Assembly: GCF_009834535.1 (NCBI RefSeq)
Contig: NC_045696.1
Coordinates: 26,786,001 to 26,850,000, forward strand
Length of the DNA: 64,000 nt
Direction of reading: 5' to 3'
Source of the DNA: Camelus ferus
Lineage: Eukaryota
Shown here: in pieces, positions 36,981 through 50,724 of the stretch
Layout: the number at the start of each line of letters is the position of its first letter
Position numbering within the stretch: position 1 is the first letter of the stretch
Translations under genes and position numbers: made by a program
The notes under the pieces: model-generated
Database searches by the model: none
Seen by the model: the letters and a program-made list of their open reading frames with translations, nothing else
What the model was told of the DNA's origin: nothing

Positions 36981-39900
36981 GTCAATATCCTGGGATTCTT
37001 TACGCCTGGGAAGAGGATAATTGAGTTAGGGGACCTGTATATTATACCTTTTCTAAAACACGTATCAATAATCTGGCAAACTGATTCTACAAATGTTCTT
37101 AACTTTGACCAAAAAGATGGTGATTCAAAAAGTAGTTTCTAAATAAGAAATTCTCACACCTGAGTTTCTACTCGTAATTAACTCTCCTAAAGAGTTTACC
37201 ACATTGAGAATGAATAAAGACATATGGGGGGGGTGATATTTGTTCATTGTGTTCATTTATTCTTTAAGGACAAACTCCAGCACAGTCAGAGCATTCTGAC
37301 AGCTGTGACAGATTGACAGCTGTAGAAACACACTGTGGCAGGAAGCCTCACACCTACAGGTAGAAGTTACCGGTCCACACAAAAAAACTTAGAACTTTCA
37401 ATATGATCTAGAATTTTCCTTTGAAACTTGACTTGCTACTGTGTCCTAAGTAAACAGTGACAGTAATTAAAGCTAGCATGCCTCCTTCAAGCAAACTCAA
37501 CTCTAGTTATAAAAGGGTGAAAAAAAAAACATTGTCTGGATTTTAATTGGCCAGATTTGTTCTCCATTGACCATATGCAATGAAAGGTGACCAGATGAAG
37601 AAAAACAGCAGTAAATTCTAGTTATTGCTCAGGAAATTGCTGTAGCACTTCATTTTAAATGCAATTCAAAGTGAAATGCTATTAATAAAAAGGCTCATGA
37701 CATGAAAAGTTTATTTTAGAGTGGTATAGTGCAATTTAGGGTGATGCTGTAATTCTAGGGTGGGATGTTAGATGATCTTCAGAACAGGAAATGACTTGCA
37801 TTAGTGAAACCTTGAACATAATTGATATCGGTTAGAAGTAGGGACAACAGGGAGTCTAGGATTTTTGCAATATACTATTGCTGCCTCAGGACACTTACTA
37901 CTAAATAGCTGAGGGGAAAATTCTAAAATATCCATTTACATCATGATAGGTAGCTTAAAGATATATGAGATTTAGATTTAAACTGGAAGTGATGAATAGC
38001 AGAATCAGTACTGTGTTAAATTTTTACAAAATGGTACAGATGTTTGGAACCACATTGGTTCTTGCCCAAAACAGAACAACTGATCCTTAACTTTGCAAAG
38101 GTTTCCAGTGTGGGTTCCAAATTCTTCAAATGTCCTCTGGACATATCCTGTGGCGTATCTTTACGCCATATATTTTCATGCTCAGTTTCCCTGCATTTTG
38201 CTAAGATGACATTTGCATGAACATTAACACAGCCAAAATCTCAATCCAATTTTTATTGTACTCAGGATCCTGATCCAGTTCTCTGTAGAGCAAGATTTAA
38301 GATTACTCACTCATTTCACCATGTAAAATTAGAAGACATTTATGTTAGATGATGGATACTTGATACCCACATGGGGATATAAATGGAAAAACAAAAAATA
38401 CAAAACCAGAACCTTTCTATTTGTGTATACAAAGTGATTTCTTTGGTTTGGACCTTTGGCATCCATTTATAGAATGGAGCTTTATTTGCAACAGACTGCA
38501 TCCATAATGTTACAACCATGATGAAAACAAAATAACTTGGGAAAAATGGAGCTCTGGTTCTCTTATATGCTCTCAATGTATAATGGATCTCTTTCAACTT
38601 TCCAATAGCTTTAGTTTCTTTGGCCCCGTCTGTAGGCACTGTTTTTCTTGTTGAAGAGATCTATTGCCATTTGCTTCTCCCGAGGCTTATCTGCATGCTG
38701 CCATGTCTTTCTTTCACCACGCTGTGGTTTTTCTACTGAGCTTCCGCACGCCCTCCACCATTCTTCTTATTCTCAAGACTGAACACACATAGGGTAGCTT
38801 GCTTAGAGGAACTTCAGTCTTCTTTTTTCCCTCACCATGATCCAGCTGTGTTTCAGGATTTCAATGCATTATAACTGTAGCTAGGAAAGTAGCATTTGAA
38901 GGAAATAATATAATACTTATGAAACAAAGCAGCTACTACGATAAGTCTAAAATGCGGGCATTGCCATTGGGCAATTTAATCCCAACACTAGTACATCGAA
39001 GACTCTGTCGTCCATCTCCCTACCTGCAGGTGGATTCCCAACACTTTTGACTTTCTCCACTCTTTCTTATCCATCAAAGTTACAGAGTGTCTTCTGTTTA
39101 AAGAGCAGAATTCTGTATCAACTTTCATCTCTGCGTTACTAAATTATTACTTCGAGGGCATGTAAACTTTGCTGTTAAATTGGGACTAGATAGTTTATAG
39201 TAAACATTCTTTTCAAAGTTTTACAAAGCTAGTTTCAATACTCCTATCTCAATTGATCTTCAAAGCAACTCTATTTTCATCCTCAATTCATGGATGTGAA
39301 AATTGAAATGCAGCAAAGAAACTAAATCTGCCTATGCTTACAAAGCTAGTAAGTATCAGAGCCAGGAGGATACAGGTCCTCCTGTCCTGGTAAGTTGCTC
39401 TTTCTTGCATGTGATTCTGCCTGTCAGAGCTATTCAATACTTGGATCCTCAGACTGTTAAATTCATAGCATTTAGCTGCCCTTACACATTAGTTCATAAC
39501 TTTATGCGTATCTTTCTCTGTGCTCTTTAAGGGAGAGATTACTCACCAGCACACAGTGGTTTCTGGCTTCTTTTCACACAGGCTCTGAACACAATTACAG
39601 CCTAATGACTCAAGAGTTTCCCAGAGCTGGTATTCTTTTCTGAAATGAGCTACCCAGATCCTTTTTATGCACGGCTGCATGCAATGAAGTGGAAATATGA
39701 GGTCATTATTCGTTATTCTCTTGTTCAGATTCAGATCCTCAAGTACTTTCTGAGAGCCTACTGTGTGTCAGATCCTGGGCTAAATTTCTTAGAAATGACT
39801 ATTAAATACTCAACACCATATCAGCTCTGCTGGCCTCAAAAGCTCTTCTGACCTAGCCTCGGGGTTTTGCTCTTTTTCTTTTTCCCCCAAAGAGAAACTA

Positions 39901-40289
39901 GCTTAACGTTTGCTGAAGTTCAGGTTTGCTGATGTTGAATGCATTGTAAATCCAATAAATACAGTTCAGAAGTTTTGACGGTGAGCTTTATATTCTTCTC
40001 TTATCTGGCAAGCTGCAGAGGTCATGGGCGCTGGCTACAGCAGGTAGAGAAGCACACCCCATCGGTGCCTGCATGTGCAGACGATGCTGACTGTAGTCCA
40101 GTGTCACCAGTAGAATATAGATACAGGAGTCTTATGCCTTGAGAGTTATTTTTTTGACCTGTTTAACTTGTTAACATTGATGAAACAGATATGCCTACAT
40201 GCTTATATGTTAAGGAAAAAATGTACAAGCTTTAAGTAGTATCTTTAGGATTGTGATGGGTTGTTTTATTTTTTTTCAGACGACAGAAC

Positions 40290-41060
40290 TCTAATAGTGT
40301 GGATGATACGTTGGGGAAAACAAACAAACTAAGACAATGCAATAATCTAAACAAAAGAAAAATAGGACCTTGAAAACTATAGAAGCAATAGGAATACAGA
40401 TTAGCTAAAAAATTCAGCAGAATTTTTAGATAGGATAGAGGTTAAATGTGGAGAGGTATTTCAAGGTTTCTAGTTGAGAGACTTAAAGGAAAAATAATGT
40501 TCCTAGGATGGATAACAAATACAAGAATATCAGTTCAGAAAGAACATATGTTTAGATTCTGGAAAGATTAGTTTGGGGTCATTTGGAAACATCTATATTG
40601 GGTGGTGGTTGGGGTGGGGGAACTGGTGCTCAAGAAAGCTCAAGGATGAGGATTTGGGGGGTCAACGATGTCTAAACTAGAACCAAAGTCATGAGCATGT
40701 ACAGTGATAAGACAAAATTATGAGTCAAAGAAACTTGAAGACATCAGCTGTTCAAGAAAGCAGGGAGAGCCTGGAAAGGATCTGAAGAAGCACTGTGATG
40801 GGTATGGAAAAGAGACTGATAGAAAAAGAAGCTGAAAAGAGATCTTTTTTAAAATGTCAAATGCTGCCAAATTCATTTTTAAAAAATCACTAAAAAACAT
40901 GCTTTGAATTTAAAAATATTTTCCAGGCCACTTAAAGAGACTGGTTTATTTAGAGTGATGGAAACAGAAGTCGGGTTGCAGGTCACTAGGGGATGGAAGG
41001 AAGAAGTGGAGACAGCTCACAGGAAACTAATCTTTCAAGAAGTTAACCCAAAAGGCAACA
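40290..41060 (-). mobile_element. LINE-2 fragment (antisense)
   Basis: caaggtttctagttga, aaatgtcaaatgctgcc, gaagaagtggagacagc. Confidence 0.6.
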
Positions 41061-41677
41061 AAGGGATGAATATTTATTACTATAAAATAAAAATAAGGTT
41101 ACTTGAATTGAAGAATGTACAAAAAAAAAGCCATTGTAATTATCAAAGCATTCTGATTCTTTCACTTTATACTTTCTGTTAATAATGGTATGTCATCAGT
41201 GGTGGCTAGATTTATTAAAGAAACCACCACTGCACAGAGAAAAATCTATATCTTACTATGTATAATTAGCTTGCTGGTTTTGAAGATTAAACTTAGAGTT
41301 ATTCAGGATAGGTGGGCAAAACAGACTAAAATCAACTACAGTGAATATTTCCATAGTCTTTGGAAAAGTAGCAAATATCAGAATATCTTCACTACAAAGT
41401 GAAGAAAGGTAGATGTATCAAAAGAACAATTAAAGCTGTTAATGGACTAGAATTTAAATAAGCATTGTTATAACAAGATCTCTGGGCTTAGGTAGTTAGC
41501 TTATGAGGCATTTATTTTCTTTGTTTAAATAAATCAGTGGAAAAAGTCATGATCAATAATACATCAAATGTTTTTCTGGGATAAAATGAATCTCTACAAT
41601 TTTCTAAGAACAAATTGCATTTGTGGTTTTAATATTCTCTATTATTTTAACAAAATAACTTAGAGGACTTTATACAT

Positions 41678-41832
41678 GGACCTACTGTGTAGATCAGGGA
41701 ACTGTATTCAATATCTTGTAATAACCTATAGTGGAAAAGAATCTGAAAAAATATGCAGAACTGAATCACTTTGCTGTACACCTGAAACTAACAATATTAT
41801 GAATCAACTATACTTCCATTTTTTAAAAAAAA
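41678..41832 (+). mobile_element. Truncated cetartiodactyl-type L1 3' UTR
   Basis: cctactgtgtag...cagggaactgtattcaatatcttgtaataacctata...ctgaatcactttgctgtacacctgaaactaaca plus A tail. Confidence 0.88.
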
Positions 41833-42639
41833 GACCTACATTCTTGGATTATTACATACTTTCTTAAAACTTGCATATATTGTACCAACATTTATTACAG
41901 AGAAGTCAATTAAAGTTATGGACACATTCTTAAACATTTGAGTTATGAATTGTAATTAATCAAATCAAGTAGTCTCTTACCTACTTTTTATATTACACAG
42001 CCAGCATCAGCTTTATGGAATTAACACTTTCATAGGAATTTAAAGATACCACATGTTTAGAAATAGAGAGACCTGTATTATGAAGTAGTATTTTCAGCCA
42101 TCCTCCTGTCTGACATTGCTGAGCAGCAGAGAAGACCACCCCAACCTCAGCTGCAGAGTGTCAGATCAGGGTTATTACGGATGCCACCTCTCTTTGTAAT
42201 CATCTCTCACCTGACCAAATAAAGCAAAGCCAACACCCAAATCAAATCTCACCCATAGCTTTTTACTTTTTTGACCAATGATCTTGATGTTTGGCTGCTT
42301 TTCACACTTTCCATCAACCCTATGAGTGCACATGTCTTCCCTTTTCTGAGTTACAATCTTGACTCCTCCCAAGTGCAGTTCTTCTCCATGACAAGGAGAC
42401 ACCCACCAACTAGATTCCCTCTGCATTCACCACGTGGTGGAGAACTAGCACTTACATGCAGGGAAGATACTAGGTATGAGAAAACGTTCACTATTCTCTT
42501 CATATTTTGGTTAACAGGAATTTGGTATTTTTTGACCTCTAATTATAGAGTAAAATAAATTCCACAAAGTACATAATTTCTTTAAAAACATATTTGAATA
42601 TGCATTCTGTCCATGCTGTCCAGCCAAGACCTCCAGTAC

Positions 42640-43110
42640 CTCACCTGCACTGCAAAGAGAATAAACATCCAGGGCAACCGTGGGGCGCCTCAGCAGAGGA
42701 TATCTGAGAGGACTTGTTGGGTTTGAGGCCGTTTGGGGAACTTTTAAGGACTGGGGCTTTACTCTGGATTAGATGCTGTAATGAAGTGAGGATAATTTTA
42801 TACTTGGACATACTACCATCTCATCAAGGAGCACACATAAGCAAAGCTAAATCGGTAACTGGCAAAGAAGCAGTAAACAGTCACTCATTAACAAGGATGC
42901 TAATTTTTATGGTTTAAGGTACCTGGTTCACGCTTTTGTCTGCGTTTGGATATGATAATGTGATCTTGTTTTTGGAATCAAGCCATTAGAATCACAAGGC
43001 AGCCTTGGTTTGATGTGAATGTTTTGGGAAATCATTTAAATTCAACAGGACATCGAGGCCTCCCTGTGAGTACTGGGCAGGCTGGCCCCTTGATTTCTGC
43101 CGTGGCTTTT
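42640..43110 (-). mobile_element. ERVL LTR (MER76-like)
   Basis: ggcaaagaagcagtaaacagtcactcatt, gtgatcttgttttt, ccttggtttgatg. Confidence 0.6.
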
Positions 43111-43117
43111 GTCCTTC

Positions 43118-43563
43118 TGCATTAGTTTTCTATCGCTGCCATAACGAAGTATCACAGACTAATTGGCCTAATATGAAATTCCCTTACAATCCTGTAGTTC
43201 AGAAGTCCAACATGAGTTAAAATAAAGGTATTACCAGAGCTGTGTTCCCTTCTGGAGGCTTTGAGGGACAATCCGTTTCCTGGCCTTGTCTGGTTTTTAG
43301 AGGCCAGCTGCATTTCTGGGCTCATGGGCCCCTCCTTCCATCTTCAAAGACAGCAGGTCAACTCCTTGTCATATCACATCACTCAGACCTCCTTGTCTGC
43401 CTCTTCCTTCTACTTTTAAGGACCCTTGGGATAACACTGGGCCCACCTAGATAACCCAGGCTAATCTTGCTATCTCAAAGTCCTTAAAAGTAATCATATC
43501 TGCAAAGTCCCTATTATATTGTAAGGTAGAATCTTTGAGGAGCCATCATTATTATCTACCACA
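43118..43563 (-). mobile_element. MaLR solo LTR (MLT1D-like)
   Basis: TG...CA ends; TSD ccttc/ccatc; ttctggaggct, actgggcccacctagataacccagg, atctgcaaagtccct. Confidence 0.88.
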
Positions 43564-44423
43564 CCATCTCACTCTGGTGATTATCCATTTCAAATATTCT
43601 TATGCAATTAGGAAGAAGTTTACATAAAAGAAGAAAATCCAGATAAAGGGGCCTTGGTTTAGTGGTTCAACAGTGTCAAAGACTCGGTTTCTTTCATCTC
43701 TCAGGTGGTCTCTTGTCCACTTCATCCTTGGCCACCCATCATTGTTACTGCTTCCAGTAGCAATTTAGAGTTTATGCTTCCTAGTTGTCAGTTAATGGTG
43801 AGCAATGACTGGCTGCTAGTGCTCTCTCAAGTGTGGGAAACCATCCTAAGTTTCCCAGCAAAACACTTCTAAGCTCACTAGTTCAAAATGGGAAGGCCTG
43901 CCCAACCTGAATTAATCACTGGCAAAGGAGAGAGACTAACTTTAATTGTTTTAAGTGTATCAACTGGAGTGGAATGGGAAGTTACCACAATTGTCACCTC
44001 ATTATATACAGCAAGTACTCTACAGCAAGTAAATATCAGCACCTGGTCCACTGATGTATTTTAAAAGGGAATTAAAATTACGAATAATACAACAGTGTAG
44101 ATGTTTGGAGTCTAAATTAGGTGTGCTCAACAACCAGATTATTGATGATCCGAATATAACTTAGCAACATGTCACAAAAAAGGGTCAGAATCTAGTCAGG
44201 TTTAAAAAATTACAAAATTACAAATAACCAAGATTGGTACAAACAGTGAATAAATAGAATACTTGAAGAACTGAAAGATGTAAATGTTAAAGAGTTAAAG
44301 CCAACAGACTCAATAACCAATAAGGAGAGACGTGACGTTGATGAGCCCAGGGGCAAAGCTTCATAACAGATGAACTTCTCTCCCAGTATGGTGCCTAGCA
44401 CACACAAACTACTTAATACATGC

Positions 44424-44663
44424 ACAGTTGTTTCTCCGTATCCACGGAGGATTAGTTTCAGGACCCAGTTAGGATACCAAAATCTGAGAATGCTCAGTCT
44501 TATAGTTAACCCTCCCTATTCATGAGTTCTGCATCCACGTTTTCAACCAACTACAGATTATACACAGTTGACCCCTGAGTAACACGGGTTTGAACTATGC
44601 AATAAACATCCATGTATAAGTGGAACAAAGAAGTTCAAACCCAGGTTATTCCAGGGTCAACTG
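44424..44663 (+). mobile_element. MER2B-like Tigger (TcMar) MITE
   Basis: ccgtatcc...ggataccaaaatc...cagttgacccctgagtaacacgggtttgaact and its inverted copy agttcaaaccc...agggtcaactg followed by TA. Confidence 0.85.
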
Positions 44664-44949
44664 TAACTCAGTATGTGCTTTAAAAACTTACTCTGAAATG
44701 CTGTTAGCCTGGGATGTGAGGGTGAAATTAGATAAGTGAGATCATCTGTGACCTGTAAGCAGTAAGCTGTTTGCCAGGAAGAATGAGACAAATGCAGACA
44801 ACACAAATGATATGAAGAAACATTTCTCTCAAACTCAAAAATAACAAGGAAATAAGCCTGTCCCTGATGACTATTTTTTAATTGGGCTATTATTTTCTAT
44901 TTTAGTTTGCATTTTTTGATGAAAAACCATGAGAAATAAAATTACTTTA

Positions 44950-46372
44950 AGGAGACTTTCAGTTTCTAGTCTGGCATATAAAGAGCTTAGAAGTCCCCCA
45001 CCATCTCAACAGTAAGTAAAAAGCTGAACAAATTGAAAAATCAACAACTTTCCCAAGATTTATTAGAGAAGTGAGGTCACAGGGCAAACTACTGCCCCCC
45101 AAATTGGAGAGACAGACAGGTGGATACAGCGAATCTTACTGGAGCAAAAACCCACAAGCAGAAACCTCCGTGGGAATGAGTGCTGAGGAGGAAAACCCAA
45201 CTGTAATTGACACATTGCTGGAGGCTCAGTTGTGAGCATGCCTGTGAGTTCAAAGCCCCAGGGGACCTAGGCACTGGGGAGCCCCAAACTTCTGGAGTTT
45301 TATCTCCTAGATATTACCCAGTTTTCACAGTGAAAATTGGAGAAAAATCCCCTCGTGCTTCTGACAAGGGGAGAGAAGGAAGAAACCTTCTTGAAATATG
45401 CCAGGGCATTGTGCTCCTCTTAATAAGAACTGTCCTCAGGAGAAACTATTCTACCAGAACCTAACTTGCTAGGATTTTACATGAACCTAACCCACCTTGG
45501 GGAAGTGAAATACCCAACCTGGTCCATGCCAGCCTCTCCTGACACACCTAAGGGGGAGAGCGGGGAGAGGGCGAGAAATGAGAAACACTTGTGAGGTTCA
45601 CAGTCCAGGGCACATGCTCAGTCACAGGACCACTGAACGCTTTCCCTCCCCGCACATCTTACCACTACGTTCCCAAAGGAATATTTACCACAGCACCTCG
45701 CAGCCACCTTTTAACAAAAATTACAAGGGATACTAAAAGGCAAAAAAACAGTTTGAAGAGACTCAGCAAGAATCAGAACCAGACCCAGATATTGTAGGGA
45801 TGTTGGAATTATCAAACCGTAAATTTAAGACATCTATGCTTAATACATCAATCATAGGGCTCTAATGGAAAAAGTAGACAACATTCTAGAATAGGTGGAT
45901 AACGTAAGCAGAGAGAGATGGGAATTCTAAGAATTTAAAAGAAATGCTAGAGGGAAAAAAAAGCACTAACAGAAATGGAAAACGCTTTTGATAGGCTCAT
46001 TAGTAGACTGAACATGGCCAAAGAAAGAATCTCTGAGCTTGAGGATGTTAATAAAAACGCCCAAAACTGAAAAGCAAAAGGAAAAAGACTGCAAAGCAAA
46101 GAAACAAACTAGGACAGGATATTCAAGAACTGTGTGACTATAAAAGGTGTGACATACACGTAATTTGAATACCAGAAGGAGAAAAAAGAAAGGAACAGAA
46201 GTAACATTGGAAGAAATAATGACTGATAACTTCCCCAAATTAATGTTAGACACCAAACCACAAATTCAAGGTACTGAGAACACCAAGCAGGATAAATGGC
46301 AAACAAACTACAAGTAGGCATATCATAGTCAAACTGCAGAAAATCAAAGATAAAGAAAAATATATTAAAAAG
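44950..46372 (+). mobile_element. Old L1 (L1M4/L1MC lineage) 5' UTR and decayed ORF1
   Basis: gagaagtgaggtcacagggcaaact 5' motif; ORF1 remnants NFPKLMLDTKPQIQ and RHIIVKLQKIKDKEK; 3' part absent. Confidence 0.85.
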
Positions 46373-46559
46373 ATTAAGCTGGTCCCAATCATCCTTCCCA
46401 TCGGTTTCTGGTAGAGTCTCCCGCTAATTTAATCTCAATCCATCACTCTTCCTCAAAGAAGTAAAAGACACGAGATTTTTACTAAAATTAAATTAACAGT
46501 GCACGCACTGCTAGCCATCAGAGAAATTATTTCACAGCAGGAGTTCGACTGAATTTTAC

Positions 46560-46822
46560 TGAAACAGAGATGGCTTTGGATTCAAACACCTGAATTTAAC
46601 TCTTTGCTCAGCCTCTAATGATAAGTTTGACTTAAAAAAAAAAAACAAAAAAAAACTAATTTCATCAAGTCTTAGCTATGACCCCAGAAAAGGATAAACT
46701 ATTTATTTAGCAAGGTTATTATGCGTGTTAGAGATTATGTGTGTGTGTGTGTGTGTGTATAAACTAGTGTAACACCTACCTAGCAAAAATAGCTGCCTGC
46801 TAAGAGATAGCTGCTATTATTA
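46560..46822 (+). mobile_element. MIR interrupted by A-rich and (TG)n tracts
   Basis: ggctttggattcaaacacctgaattt; aaggttattatg; (tg)n at 46738-46758. Confidence 0.6.
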
Positions 46823-47286
46823 GGAGTAGTGAAAAATTACAGCAATGTAGAAATGAAGAGAAACAGAAGAATGTTTACCTGGCATGTTTTTTTCTAGACA
46901 TCTAATCCTCTCACAGTTTCATAAAATTAATTTTGACCTAAAATCAGACAATCTAACAGCAGGGCAGAGACTAACATCCCAAACCCACTTCAACTGGGGC
47001 GCTTCCCTATCCCTGACTTTTGTACAGCCTACCTTCTCCCTAGGTTACATAAACAACAGAATACTTCAGCTTTTCAGAAAATCACTTACTGGCCCAGTAA
47101 ACAAAGGAATAAACACTGAGAGAACAAGAGAAAAAATTACAGAATTAAGAATATCAAGGCATATCTCTGATCAAAACTTGATTGCAAAATCTCTTGGCCC
47201 CAAGGCTGGAAACTCTTCCTACATTTAGAAGCAGCGGTTTCTCTTTTTGGCCCTTCTGAAAGTTTTCAAGGTCAGCGACTTCAAGG

Positions 47287-47465
47287 CAGTATGTCTCAAC
47301 CCTAGATGCACGTTATCACCAACTGGGGAGTTTTAAAGACTTCTGTCTGGGCCCTTCCCTCAGTAATTTGGGGTTTAATTGGTCTCTGGTGGGGTCTTGG
47401 AAGCAATGCTGGGTTTTAAAGCTCTCCAGGTTATATTAATGAGCATTCAGAGCTGAGAGCCACTG
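47287..47465 (+). mobile_element. MER5A-like hAT-Charlie MITE
   Basis: cagtatgtctcaaccct...gctgagagccactg; 8-bp TSD-like cttcaagg / ttttaagg. Confidence 0.85.
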
Positions 47466-49231
47466 TTTTAAGGCAAACTTTCACATGGATTTCAGACCAA
47501 CCCCTCTATTCATCCCCAGGCCTGACTTTTGTGCTTTGGGTCAGGATTTACTTCACCCTGTATGTAGCTGCCACACTTTCCTCTTGAGATCTACTCTGCT
47601 TGCCTGATGCTAGTTTCTTTACCATTATGCTTCCAAAGTATTTCTCCCATTGGTTGTGAGTTGAGCAAACAATGTATCACTTTACTCCTCAATCATCCAC
47701 TGATTCTTGGCATCTGGAAACGGCTTCTTTGGCATGGTCTTCTCCGCACAGCTGCAATCTATGCATTTTTAAATGCCGATTCATTCTTGGAGAAAGATCA
47801 GCTGGCTTTGAAATACTGGGTAAAGTGTGTTCCTCTCTTAAAAGGAGATGGCATGTATCAAGCACTGGGGAGAGGCTTGGTTTGTGAACTAAATTGGTTT
47901 CTTTGCCTATTTTTCCTACTGGACTGAAGTTTTTGTGGCTGTGGAGCCAAGCTCACCAGTGCCATAAAAAATTATCGCCACTCAACATCCTTCAGATGAC
48001 CTATCTACACTTTAGCTCTAAGATATCATATAGTATTTTCTTATTCATTAGCCTAGATTAAATCTCTTTACAATTAAGATGCATGCGTTCTCTTCTTGGC
48101 CTATGAAATCCCTTGTTCCTAACAGCTGACACTTATGGGATCTCATGGAGGCCCCCTATTATGGCCATCACTTTCCTTTCACGTGAACAGCTAAATGATG
48201 TTAAAATGAAAGCAAGTTGCCTAGGAAATAGAGAGTAGCCTTTACTGAAAATTGTTTCCCCATATTTAATTGTAAGCATAACAACTCCAGGTCACTTTTG
48301 GATTAAACCCTTACTCCACAAAAATACTATTTATATGTGCCTGAGATATTCTGCACTTAACTATTGCTAGACTTCTCCCCTCTTATTTTGTTTGCAAGTT
48401 AATTGCAACATAAACACAAAATTCACACTTCAGAAACACCGTGAGGAAAAGTCCTAAGAGTCACTAAGGATAGGAATGTAGCTCTCCAGCACACAATTCA
48501 CTTGTGATCTGCCTGTGAATAACATCTCCAGCCGTTCTTCACAAGGTGGTATCCGGTTTCTCCTACGTACAATCCATTATCTTAGGAAACAGAATTGTCA
48601 GTAAAGATGTATGATCACCGTGAAATCACGCTGTGAAAACCAGAACCGAGTGCTACAACAGGAAAGATATTTCAATAGCATCATTCTTAATTTGCTTCTT
48701 TTTTTAAATAACAAAATCTTAATAATTAGGTTTTTAATCATGTATTCTACCCTTTTTCTAATTAGCCCTAACCCTAGATTTCAGTGATGCTTAAATTATT
48801 TTAGGTGATAAATTTCATAATCTAAGACTCCCCTTGTCTCACAGGAGCCTCTTAGAGTCATCATTAACTTTGGTAAGATGTTGGTAATTCTCATTCAAAG
48901 AGATTTATAAACAGTTCTTACAAAGCTTTCTCCAACCATGAAATGAACTTTAACAAGCATCTTTGACTATTTTTCATGTTTATACACATGGAATCATTAT
49001 GGTTTATGACCAAAAGATGATTTTTTTAAAAAAATTTGTTTACCAAAAATTCTTTCAGCAAACAACATTCAGGATCCAGGTGTCTTTGAATGTTTGCTCC
49101 CTTCAAATAGAAAATGTTCCTCCCTTCCTCTCAATGGTAAAGGTGGCAATCATTGGTAGCACTGGTATCTGTGTAACTCTAGTGATCCTCCCTTACCTCT
49201 CACTCCCTCCACGCCACCACCCTCACCAAAT

Positions 49232-49255
49232 ACACACACACACACACACACACAC
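49232..49255. repeat. (CA)n microsatellite
   Basis: Direct observation. Confidence 0.9.
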
Positions 49256-50724
49256 AGAGATGATACTAATAATATAGGCATCCTCTGCTGACATAAACAG
49301 ACCACCTAGGGACTGCTAACACAGCTAAGTGGCCCAACAGACCTGGGAATGTCCTACGTCCTGTGAATGCTTTGTAGATTTTCTCTCTTCTCTCATAGCT
49401 TTGCCAGAGTCTGTTCCTATGCACAGACGTTTTCTCAACCCTCAGCTCTGCACAGCCTCCCAAGCCTCGGCCCTATCCCACCCCAACGTGCAATGAGGCC
49501 CCTACCCCAGTGGCCGTGGGCAGTTCTTACATAAGCCTGGTCTAGTTTTCCTACACAAACCCAAACAAACCTGTTCCTGCTTGTAGTGTGTTTACCACTG
49601 GCTGAAAGATGGTGCCTATAAGTTATGTCTAAGTCACTAACAGATCCCAGGGGAGTGGGTCAGTGGTGGGAAAGGAAGGTGCAAAGATAGCTGGCAGTTA
49701 AGAGTAACTTTTACAAATGGACTTATTTTTTCATTATTACTTATGGGTCCAACCTTCCAAAATTCTTAAATAGGATTTTATGCTACATTTAAAGATAAGC
49801 AAGTGTTGGAAGAACTTAATTATATTTATAAACCATGGATCAGGAAGAAAAAATCCTGGTACTAGCTACAGGAAATTGAAACAGACAAACCAACTCTTGA
49901 GTCCAGTTGAAGAGGGAAGGTCACCAGGAATGAGTCCTGAGCTTAGCAGCCCTTAAAAGAGAGGACTGCTTCCCAAACCTCTCGTCCTCCCTTCCCAAGG
50001 CCAGGGTTCCTCTAATGCCAGTTTTTAACTTCCAGCACCAGGCTTTGCCCTGCCAGAAACCTGCCTGGGGAGCTTGGGGCTGGAGCTCTAAAAAACTAGA
50101 AGATGTATAACACAGACCCAACACAATAGAGTAAAATATGTTGCTAGACAACTAAATTAGAAGCTGATTTTTGCTCCTCTGGCGATGATTCCCTTTTATA
50201 GGAATATGAATCAGGCATTATACTTCAAGAGCACTGTGACTTAAATTTGCCTCTGTGAATCTGTTTTTTTCACACAGCTGGTTCTCAAGAAGTCCCAGGT
50301 TTTGAAGAGCCCTGGAATGCAGAAATTCTGTTTTATTTCCCATAGAAGGGAGACATCCAAGCAAGTCAAAACTCCATTTTCTCCACAATACTTTAATGAC
50401 TGCTGGAAGAATCAGGAGCTATCTTTCTCTGTGAGTGAAACACTAGTCACTGAGTACATTTCTTTATTTGGCTGGTCAGGGAGGCTGTATTTCACTCTAC
50501 AATTCCAGCCTGCTCATGAGCTGTAGGACAAAAGAGGTAATGTAAAGAAACTGAGTGAAAGATGTAAACATCCCAAGATTGAAAACAGAGACGTTGAGGG
50601 GTTCTCTAGAGCAGTGTGGTGGGAAATGCAAGGCCATGGACTTCTCTAAGTGCTGAGCTGACAGAGGTGGTATTAATTGTACCAGTAAAAGCAAGGGAAG
50701 CACAACCAGTGTCCATTCTGAGTG

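Noticed and set aside
40599..40620. G-rich tract as a G-quadruplex
   Set aside because: Only three runs of three or more G, and it lies within L2-derived sequence.
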